Assembly (NCBI RefSeq): GCF_000803625.1
Contig: NZ_CP007496.1
Span: 390,001 to 422,000, forward strand
Direction of reading: 5' to 3'
Source: Candidatus Nanosynbacter lyticus
GTDB taxonomy: Bacteria; Patescibacteriota; Saccharimonadia; Saccharimonadales; Saccharimonadaceae
Length of the DNA: 32,000 nucleotides
The translations under genes were made by a program, and so were the position numbers. The notes under the pieces are model-generated. The model worked only from the letters and a program-made list of their open reading frames with translations. It made no database searches and was not told the DNA's origin. Positions 24,937-32,000 of this stretch are shown one piece after another. Numbering within the stretch: the stretch's first letter is position 1; the number at the start of each line of letters is the position of its first letter.

Positions 24937-25482
24937 TTATTCCAATCGTAGGAATTTGGTGAGGTGCGCCTCCCCATAACTACGACTGTCCACCACAACA
25001 GTTTTGTCTTGAATTGGCACCTCACCTATTCCTGGATGTGATAATATCATAGTTCCACCAGGTTTGAGTAGCCCCATTAGTCGCGAAACTGTGGAAAACT
25101 GCGGATTGTGATACGGCGGATCGGCAAAAATAATATCAAACTCCCCTGTTACATCCGCAGTTTCCATCCAATTTGATATTGTTGTTTTTATTACAATAGA
25201 TTTTTCGTCGGCACCCAAACTGGTTATGTTTTTAGCAATGACGCGCTGCGCGACCCGGTCTCGTTCCACAAAAACCACCGACTCAGCGCCACGGCTGAGC
25301 GCCTCCAAACCAATGGCGCCAGAACCGGCAAAAGCATCCAACACCCGCGCGCCGCGGACTGTTTCGCCCAGCGAATTAAACATCGCTGAACGGACTCGTT
25401 CACCCATGGGATGTGTCGTTGAGCCTGGCGGCGTTTGGATAAATCGTCCACCAAATTCGCCAGCGATGATGCGTACTCTCAC
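24937..25482 (-). CDS. rsmD: 16S rRNA (guanine966-N2)-methyltransferase RsmD
   Basis: 181 aa. RIIAG...GR.....G..T.P...RVR.A.FN.L, LD.FAGSGA.G.EALSRGA and the DPPY motif. Confidence 0.85.
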   Translation of the reverse strand: MRVRIIAGEFGGRFIQTPPGSTTHPMGERVRSAMFNSLGETVRGARVLDAFAGSGAIGLEALSRGAESVVFVERDRVAQRVIAKNITSLGADEKSIVIKTTISNWMETADVTGEFDIIFADPPYHNPQFSTVSRLMGLLKPGGTMILSHPGIGEVPIQDKTVVVDSRSYGEAHLTKFLRLE

Positions 25483-26294
25483 CGTTTGGCCTCAAGTTTC
25501 CAAACCGACGCTAGCCAGCCCAACATGACGGCTTTGATGATAATTGGCATCAGTTCATGATTGGTCTGCCACGCCAAGTCTGTCGTCCAGCCGTTTTTAC
25601 CAAAATTGTCATACATTTTTAGGTCGGCCACAGCGTGAACTTGCTCTAGATAATATTCTCGATAGCCTTGCTGCTTGACCTGCAAAATCTCAGCTTCACT
25701 AGGCACGGCGTCCTTGAAGCGCGGATAGGCCACTACGCTCGCCACGCCCGCTTCAAACGCTACGTGCATAGTCATCATGCCTTTAGCGCCCCAAAACTTC
25801 CAATTGTTTTTGATGAGCTCAATCCCCGTGTCGCCCTTCATGACGTTTTTCTTGAGGATGGATGTTCGCGTCTCCAGGCCTTCGCCACCGCGCAACTCTT
25901 GCATGGCGTGCTCCAGCGGAAAATGATGCGCCGGCGTCAGACCATCGGTGATGGCGTGCGCCATCCATGCCGCTTCAAACGCCGCTCGTTCAGAATTATG
26001 TTTTTGCAGCGCTTTCGCTAGATTATCAATATGCTGGTCAATCATTTCCAAAAGTGCCGTGTCATTCGGATCGTCTGGATTGATGAAATGCCACGGCTCG
26101 TCAACGGCTGGACTTTTGCGCTTGACGCCGTCAGGGCCGTTTTTGCCTTCAAAATGCAGAATGTCTTTGATATCAGGAAACTCACACCAATCAGGCAGCA
26201 TTGGCGTCAGATGTCGCCTGGCCACTCGATCTATCTTTTGATGAACACCGATAAATCGGCCAGAGCCATCTCTAATTGTTGTTCCTGCATACAT
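25479..26294 (-). CDS. conserved hypothetical protein (His-rich motifs; possibly a PLC/P1-nuclease-like fold)
   Basis: 271 aa. It is embedded in the operon and overlaps rsmD by 4 nt. Motifs HFEG, WHF and AHAITDGLTPAHH suggest metal ligands. The function is not established. Confidence 0.65.
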   Translation of the reverse strand: MYAGTTIRDGSGRFIGVHQKIDRVARRHLTPMLPDWCEFPDIKDILHFEGKNGPDGVKRKSPAVDEPWHFINPDDPNDTALLEMIDQHIDNLAKALQKHNSERAAFEAAWMAHAITDGLTPAHHFPLEHAMQELRGGEGLETRTSILKKNVMKGDTGIELIKNNWKFWGAKGMMTMHVAFEAGVASVVAYPRFKDAVPSEAEILQVKQQGYREYYLEQVHAVADLKMYDNFGKNGWTTDLAWQTNHELMPIIIKAVMLGWLASVWKLEAKR

Positions 26295-26295
26295 A

Positions 26296-28338
26296 TTAAT
26301 TCAAAATGGTTAATCGCTGATAGCGACTGACGGCACGCGCCAGATGGTTATATTGTAGCAAATCCTGCCCCTCTTTGACAAAGCGCTCGGCCTCCGTTTG
26401 CGCACGGGCAATCAGCGGTGTGTCGCTCAGCGAGGCAATTTTCAGGTTCAGCACGCCATGTTGCGCTCGGCCGTAGATTTCGCCAGGACCGCGCAGTTTC
26501 AAGTCAACTTCCGCCAAGTAAAAGCCATCTTGGGATTTCTCAATTTCCTTGAGGCGTTGGGATGGTTTATCGTGACCCGACAGCATCAGATGACAAAAGC
26601 TCTGATGCTGGCCGCGCCCAACCCGACCGCGCAGCTGATGGAGCTGGCTGAGTCCAAAGTTGTCAGCATTTTCAATGAGCATGACCGTGGCGTTTGGCAC
26701 ATTAACACCGACCTCCACCACCGTAGTACTCACCAACATGTCAATGTCGCCGTCCGCAAACTGCTGCATGACCGCCGCTTTTTCCTCTGGCGGCAGTTTA
26801 CCGTGTAATAATCCGACGCGGCGATGACGAAACATCGTTTTTGCTAATTTGTGGTATTCCGCCTCGACCGATTTTTTGTCATTGTCAGGATTATCATCAA
26901 TCAATGGGCAAATGACGTAAGCTTGGCGGCCTTGAGCTAGCTCGTGATCAATCGCTTCGTAGAGTTTCGGCGCTGAAGCTGGCGACCAAATTTTCGTTTC
27001 AATCGGCTGACGGCCAGCTGGCAACTCGTCCAAAATCGATATATCCAGTTCACCGTACAACGTCAGCGCCAAGCTCCGCGGGATCGGCGTAGCAGTCATG
27101 CTGAGGAGATGCGGCATGTAGTCCGCTTTTTGTAGCAACGCCTGCCGCTGCTTGACGCCAAATCGATGCTGCTCGTCAATCACCACAAAACCGAGCTTAT
27201 GGTACGCCACTTTTTCCTGAATCAGCGCGTGCGTACCAACCACCACGTCAATGTCACCATTTGCTAAATTGTCCAGCAGTTGCCGCCGCGGAGTACCCTT
27301 GACGTGCCCTGTCAGCAGCGCCACCGACACGCCAAACGGCGATAACAGCTCATCGAGCGTTTTGGCGTGCTGAGTCGCCAAAATCTCCGTCGGCGCCATG
27401 ATGGCCGTCTGAAAACCAGCCTGTGCCACTTCCGCCGCCACCAACCCAGCGACCACCGTTTTGCCCGAGCCAACGTCACCCTGCAGTAAGCGATTCATCG
27501 GATGTTCGGACTCCAGATCTTGCAAAATCTGCCAGGCGGCGCGGCGCTGCGCATTGGTCAAGGGAAACGGCAGCTGCTCGACAAATTGCTTGACGACCGG
27601 CTGATTGAACGGGATGCGCCAGCCGGTCAATTTGGTTTGTTCTTGCTTATTCAGCTGCGCCGCCAAAATCATTTCAAACAATTCTTCAAACGCCAAGCGC
27701 TCACGTCCGCGGGCAATTTCCTCATGATTGTTTGGTGTGTGAAGGAACCTGATGGCTTCAGCGCGGCTGACTAGTTTTTGTCGCTGGACAATGTGTTCTG
27801 GTAGCGTCTCGGGCAAAAAATCCATGATGGGGCGTAGGTTTTTCAACAAATCCTGCACGGTTTTCGGGCGAAGGTTTTTGATGGATTTGTAGACCGGATG
27901 AATGCCCGATGTGCGTTGGGCGTCGGATGTATCGGTTTGCTTGGCCAGCTCGACAGATGGATTACTAATTTGATAGCTGTTATATTGCATGCCGAACTGG
28001 CCGGAGAACATAAACTCGGCGTCCGACTTTAGCTGGGATTCGCGGTATGGTTGATTGAACCAAACGGCCGTGACCTTGCCAGAATCATCCGCCAGTACCG
28101 CCGTGGTAATCCTCAGGCCTCGGCGCACAATCCGCGTGGAAATCGACTCGCAGTGCGCCCGCACCGTCACTTTACCCGGCTGAAGATCGGCGATGCTGAC
28201 CGCCGCCGAATAATCATCATACGCCCTCGGCAAAAAATCCAAGGCGTCCGCCACCGTCTCCAGACCCGCCGCCGCCAGCGCTTGGGCGGTTTTGGGGCCG
28301 ACGCCTTTGATGTGTTCCAGTGGGGTTGTCAGTTTCAT
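26296..28338 (-). CDS. recG: ATP-dependent DNA helicase RecG
   Basis: 680 aa. An N-terminal wedge domain, Walker A GDVGSGKT, DEQHRFG, and helicase C motifs (QLHQLRGRVGRG). Confidence 0.95.
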   Translation of the reverse strand: MKLTTPLEHIKGVGPKTAQALAAAGLETVADALDFLPRAYDDYSAAVSIADLQPGKVTVRAHCESISTRIVRRGLRITTAVLADDSGKVTAVWFNQPYRESQLKSDAEFMFSGQFGMQYNSYQISNPSVELAKQTDTSDAQRTSGIHPVYKSIKNLRPKTVQDLLKNLRPIMDFLPETLPEHIVQRQKLVSRAEAIRFLHTPNNHEEIARGRERLAFEELFEMILAAQLNKQEQTKLTGWRIPFNQPVVKQFVEQLPFPLTNAQRRAAWQILQDLESEHPMNRLLQGDVGSGKTVVAGLVAAEVAQAGFQTAIMAPTEILATQHAKTLDELLSPFGVSVALLTGHVKGTPRRQLLDNLANGDIDVVVGTHALIQEKVAYHKLGFVVIDEQHRFGVKQRQALLQKADYMPHLLSMTATPIPRSLALTLYGELDISILDELPAGRQPIETKIWSPASAPKLYEAIDHELAQGRQAYVICPLIDDNPDNDKKSVEAEYHKLAKTMFRHRRVGLLHGKLPPEEKAAVMQQFADGDIDMLVSTTVVEVGVNVPNATVMLIENADNFGLSQLHQLRGRVGRGQHQSFCHLMLSGHDKPSQRLKEIEKSQDGFYLAEVDLKLRGPGEIYGRAQHGVLNLKIASLSDTPLIARAQTEAERFVKEGQDLLQYNHLARAVSRYQRLTILN

Positions 28339-29094
28339 CTACGAAACAGCGTTGATGCCTTCCAGCGCGTAGGCAGTATCTTCCCAGCCTCTAACCTCAA
28401 TTGAATCAACTCCCATTTGTTTGACCGGAAAATCATTGCCGCCCTCTTGTAATTTATCGCCAAAGAATAACGCATCTTCCTTTGACCAGCCGTTCAACTC
28501 AAGCAGCTTACCAATACCATAGGCCTTATCAATTCCTGGCAGCGTAATATCAGTGCTGGTCGTACCGCCAATCCTCACCTCAAGACCAGGCAATTTCTCT
28601 GCCACTTTATCGCGATACACCGGGCGAATATCTTTATACTTTTCCGCCCAGGCATACTTATCTTCTGGCGACGCCTGCTGACCCAGCGCCGACATGGTAA
28701 TCTGGCTGTGGCGATCCTCAATAATTTCACCCGCAGGATTATCACACCAAATACCCATCTCCCTGGCAACTTCTTCCAGCGCCGTAGTTATTTGAGTTTT
28801 TTGCTCATCAGATAAATCGTTCGCATATTGAATCTTCCATTCATTATCGGCAGCATCAAATCGATAATACCTAGTGCCGCAAGTCGGCATTGCATGAAAT
28901 CTTTGGAGCAATTCAGGCTGAACATTAAGCCGATCAATCACCTGCTTTTTAATCTGCTGGAATGTGCCGCCGGTAATGACGCACACATCGTATTTTTCAA
29001 GCAACCGGCTAAGAATGCCAGCCATGCGATCACTGATTGGCGACTTGGTAATAGCTAGCGTGTCGTCCAGATCAAACCCGATAATTTTTTTCAC
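28339..29094 (-). CDS. HAD-IIB family hydrolase (phosphomannomutase/Cof-like)
   Basis: 251 aa. The DLDDTL nucleophile motif, ITGG and a C-terminal GD....GGND. The GTG start overlaps the tyrS stop (GTGA). Confidence 0.85.
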   Translation of the reverse strand: MKKIIGFDLDDTLAITKSPISDRMAGILSRLLEKYDVCVITGGTFQQIKKQVIDRLNVQPELLQRFHAMPTCGTRYYRFDAADNEWKIQYANDLSDEQKTQITTALEEVAREMGIWCDNPAGEIIEDRHSQITMSALGQQASPEDKYAWAEKYKDIRPVYRDKVAEKLPGLEVRIGGTTSTDITLPGIDKAYGIGKLLELNGWSKEDALFFGDKLQEGGNDFPVKQMGVDSIEVRGWEDTAYALEGINAVS

Positions 29095-30311
29095 TCTTCT
29101 CCCTCCATAATTAACACAAATGTATTTTTACCTTTTTTCAGTAGCGACGTAGTGTTGACAGCTTGGTCTTCGGTTATTTTTTCGCCGTTGAGGCTGATAG
29201 CGCCAGATTTTAGCAGGCGTTTTGCTTCGCCATTGGAACTGACCGCACCAGAAATCACCAACGCTTCAATCACACCAACGCCGACATCCACGCGCGGAAT
29301 TTCCTTGGCCAAAGCGTCCAAATCATCATCTGACAATTGGCGAAAATCACCGCCGCCAAACAATACTTCCGTCACCCGCTCCACTGATTCGCGCCGATTA
29401 ACGCCGTGGACGATGTCGGTGACTTCGCGCGCCAAGACTTTTTGCGCTGAGCGCGCACCTGGATTGACGGCGTGATTTTCAGCGATGGCTTCAATGGTAT
29501 CGCGATCAAGCATGGTGAAAATCTTCATGTATTCGATGGCGCTTTCGTCATCAACGTTCAGCCAGAATTGATAGAACTTGTACACGCTGGTTTTGGCTTC
29601 ATCCAGCCACACGGCGCCGCCTTCGGATTTGCCAAATTTGCGGCCAGTTGACTTGTTGATGAGCAGTGGCGCGGTCATGGCGTAGACTTCGGCATTTTCT
29701 TTTTTGCGAATCAATTCCACGCCCGAGAGTAAATTGCCCCATTGATCAGAACCGCCGATTTGCAAATTGACACTGTGATGTTTGAATAAGTGCCAGAAAT
29801 CGTAGCCCTGCAACAAGGTGTAGGTAAATTCAGCAAAACTCAGCCCTTTGCCATTGTCGATGCGTGCCTTGAAAAATTCACGACCGATCAAGTCTGCCAT
29901 GTTGAAATTCTTGCCAATGTCGCGGAGAAACGGTAACAATTCCAAATTGCCCAGCCAATCCGCATTATCCACCAGGGTAAAATCGCGTCCAGCAAATATT
30001 TGCGACACCTGTGTCTTCAAAGCTCGTTTGTTGTGCTCAATTTCCGCATACGACAGAAGACTCCGCTCCTCGGTGTCGCGCATATCGCCAATCATACCAG
30101 TGCCGCCACCAACCAGCAGGAATACTTTGTGACCGCGCTCCAAAAAATGCCGCACCATCATGTAGACCGCCAAGTGCCCTACATGCAGACTATCCGCCGA
30201 CGGATCTGTCCCCAAATAGAGCGTAAAATTCTCCGAATCGATAAGCCTGTCGTCCGTAAATGTGGTCTGATTCCAGAACCCGCGCCATTGTAGTTCTTCT
30301 GATAGTTTCAT
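29091..30311 (-). CDS. tyrS: tyrosine--tRNA ligase
   Basis: 406 aa. HIGH-type motif SLHVGHL, KMSKS-type KFGKSEG and a C-terminal S4-like domain. AAGGAG RBS upstream. Confidence 0.95.
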   Translation of the reverse strand: MKLSEELQWRGFWNQTTFTDDRLIDSENFTLYLGTDPSADSLHVGHLAVYMMVRHFLERGHKVFLLVGGGTGMIGDMRDTEERSLLSYAEIEHNKRALKTQVSQIFAGRDFTLVDNADWLGNLELLPFLRDIGKNFNMADLIGREFFKARIDNGKGLSFAEFTYTLLQGYDFWHLFKHHSVNLQIGGSDQWGNLLSGVELIRKKENAEVYAMTAPLLINKSTGRKFGKSEGGAVWLDEAKTSVYKFYQFWLNVDDESAIEYMKIFTMLDRDTIEAIAENHAVNPGARSAQKVLAREVTDIVHGVNRRESVERVTEVLFGGGDFRQLSDDDLDALAKEIPRVDVGVGVIEALVISGAVSSNGEAKRLLKSGAISLNGEKITEDQAVNTTSLLKKGKNTFVLIMEGEE

Positions 30312-30384
30312 AGCACTCCTTTTCTTTATATTAGTATAGCAATTTTATAATTGAAGCGAAACATATGCGTGATATAATAGGACT

Positions 30385-32000
30385 GTGAAGAGGAAAACTA
30401 CGATTAACACCGCCGGACACGGCTCAAGTAATAAGAAGTCTCCGTCAAAACGGATGAATTTATATGCTAATTTGGCGCAAAAACATCGAACAAAAAAGGA
30501 CAAAGACGCACGTGAGCGGGCGGAATATTTGGCAACTTTACCAAAACACCCCGTCAAGCGATTCTTCTACCGCCTACACCCAAAACGCCTAGCTAAATAT
30601 TGGTTTTCTAAACGTGGCGGACTGATGGCCTTGAAGATTCTTGGCGTTGGCACCCTATTGGTGCTACTACTTATCGGTGGTATGTTTGCTTATTTCCGTA
30701 AAGATCTTGATAAAATCCGCCCCGGCGAACTGGCTAAACGTGTCCAAACTACCGTTACCAAATATTACGACCGTAATGATAATTTGCTCTGGGAAGATAA
30801 AGGGACAGGAAACTATCAATTGGTCGTCGAAGCCGATCAGATTAGCGACTACTTAAAAAAGGCCACCGTCGCAATTGAGGACCGCGATTTCTATAAGCAT
30901 CACGGCATCAGCATTAGCGGTATAATGCGAGCAATGCTTTCAACCGCTTCACGACGCCAAGTCCAAGGTGGCTCGACTCTGACACAGCAGCTTGTCAAGC
31001 AAGTCTTCTTCGCTGACGAAGCTGGCGACCGTTCAATTAGCGGCGTTCCTCGTAAGATTAAGGAAATCATTCTAGCAATTGAAGTTGAACGCATGTATAG
31101 CAAAGATCAAATCTTATCTCTGTATCTAAACGAATCTCCATACGGCGGTCGACGTAACGGTGCGGAGTCAGCTTCACAAACATACTTCGGTAAGCACGCC
31201 AAAGATTTGACACTGGCAGAGGCAGCGCTGATTGCCAGTATCCCACAAAATCCAACCTACTATAACCCATATAATACCGCTGGGCATAAAGCGCTAATTG
31301 CCCGCCAACACACAACTTTGGATTATATGGCCGAACAAGGTGTCATTTCTAAAGATGAAGCCGAAAAAGCTAAAAAAGTTGATATTCTAAGCACTATCAA
31401 ACCTCAGACAGAACAACTAGAAAACATTAAGGCGCCTCACTTCCTACTAATGGTTCGCAACCAGCTTAGTAAAGAGCTTGGCGAATCGGTCGTTGGACGT
31501 GGCGGACTAACAATTAAAACTACGCTAGATTGGCGTATTCAGGAAAAACTAGAGACAGAAATGAAGTCCTTCTTTGCTACTGGGCGACCAGATTCTGTCA
31601 GAATTAGTAACGGTGCGGCAACCGTTGAAGATGTACAAACTGGACAAATCGTCGCATTAGTTGGTAGTCGCGACTTTAATCATGCCGGCTACGGGCAAGA
31701 TAATGCAGCCACATCTTATATTCAGCCAGGTTCAACCATTAAGTCTCTCGTTTTTGCTCAGCTATTCGAGAAGCATGACAACAAACAGGGCTATGGCAGC
31801 GGCACAGTACTAAGCGACGACAACATCGACAGTCTTTACGGCGCAAAACTACGCAACTGGGACGGAAAATTTATGGGCGCTATAAACATCCGCAAAGCCC
31901 TCTCCTTCTCGCGAAATATTCCAGCGGTCAAGGCAGCTTACATTATCGGTAACGGCTCAGCCAAACCGGTCGTTGAAGGAATTCGCAAGATGGGAAATCA
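30385..32000 (+). CDS. class A penicillin-binding protein (GT51 transglycosylase + transpeptidase), partial, continues past the window end
   Basis: I translated this frame myself. It has a basic N-terminus, a TM segment (LKILGVGTLLVLLLIGGMFAY), EDRDFYKHHGIS...GGSTLTQQLVK, and later QPGSTIKS (SxxK) in the same frame. The start, GTG at 30385, is the first start codon after an in-frame TGA. ATG 30454 is an alternative. Confidence 0.85.
   Translation, partial: MKRKTTINTAGHGSSNKKSPSKRMNLYANLAQKHRTKKDKDARERAEYLATLPKHPVKRFFYRLHPKRLAKYWFSKRGGLMALKILGVGTLLVLLLIGGMFAYFRKDLDKIRPGELAKRVQTTVTKYYDRNDNLLWEDKGTGNYQLVVEADQISDYLKKATVAIEDRDFYKHHGISISGIMRAMLSTASRRQVQGGSTLTQQLVKQVFFADEAGDRSISGVPRKIKEIILAIEVERMYSKDQILSLYLNESPYGGRRNGAESASQTYFGKHAKDLTLAEAALIASIPQNPTYYNPYNTAGHKALIARQHTTLDYMAEQGVISKDEAEKAKKVDILSTIKPQTEQLENIKAPHFLLMVRNQLSKELGESVVGRGGLTIKTTLDWRIQEKLETEMKSFFATGRPDSVRISNGAATVEDVQTGQIVALVGSRDFNHAGYGQDNAATSYIQPGSTIKSLVFAQLFEKHDNKQGYGSGTVLSDDNIDSLYGAKLRNWDGKFMGAINIRKALSFSRNIPAVKAAYIIGNGSAKPVVEGIRKMGN

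Noticed and set aside
30312-30384. Looked for a T-box leader upstream of tyrS (and of hisS at 5041-5207)
   Set aside because: The tyrS upstream region is only ~73 nt and holds divergent -10-like boxes. I found no specifier loop or T-box (AGGGTGGNACCGCG-like) sequence at either gene. The hisS leader is better explained by the mini-ORF model reported in the findings.
30345-30557. 70-aa minus-strand ORF between tyrS and the PBP gene
   Set aside because: It overlaps the basic N-terminus of the PBP frame, which continues in frame into unmistakable GT51 and SxxK motifs.
1-32000. Scan for CRISPR arrays, rRNA genes, intact IS transposases, and tmRNA, RNase P or SRP RNA signatures
   Set aside because: I saw no regularly spaced direct repeats, no rRNA-like conserved blocks, no transposase-like ORF and no characteristic conserved ncRNA motifs. 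This was a by-eye scan only, so short or divergent elements could have been missed.

Overview
The window looks like a compact bacterial chromosome segment, roughly 45-50% GC by eye, with three or four clearly AT-rich islets. Tightly packed or overlapping housekeeping operons make up most of it. I suspect a small-genome Gram-positive-type or CPR/Saccharibacteria-like organism, but I cannot verify that without a database search. All product calls come from motifs I recognise in the supplied translations, not from searches.

Housekeeping content:
- dcd (partial), folA and thyA.
- A minus-strand run of hisS-tig-clpP.
- A SpoU/TrmH methyltransferase and an FAD-linked oxidase.
- typA, rarA, an SPFH/band-7 protein and a GH13 alpha-glucosidase.
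- A minus-strand operon of tyrS, a HAD hydrolase, recG, a hypothetical gene and rsmD.
- A partial class A PBP that runs off the 3' end.
- Six intact tRNAs: Leu-CAG, Leu-UAG, Val-CAC, Gly-CCC, Phe-GAA and Gly-GCC.

Accessory or unusual content:
1. A ~3.1 kb AT-rich island (9236-12353) sits between the two halves of a split tRNA-Leu(UAG) gene and is bounded by a 14-bp direct repeat. It carries a decayed tyrosine integrase, an EXLDI-type small protein, its own intact tRNA-Leu(UAG) in the opposite orientation, and a 430-aa coiled-coil protein with two TM helices.
2. A secretion locus (12581-14982) encodes a SipW-type signal peptidase in the same ORF as a second signal-peptide-like segment and a LamG domain. 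That second segment carries the same AG..ATI.NS.N motif as the TasA-like protein encoded just upstream.
3. An AT-rich single-gene islet (20726-22819) next to a tRNA cluster encodes a 697-aa protein with a NERD/PD-(D/E)xK-like core.
4. Upstream of hisS there is a candidate leaderless, His-codon mini-ORF with a terminator and antiterminator.
5. A GC-rich small ORF is paired with a pentapeptide-repeat-like protein.
6. A small cassette beside tRNA-Leu(CAG) has a 13-bp inverted repeat and strand-specific RNA structure.

I saw no CRISPR array, rRNA or intact transposase.
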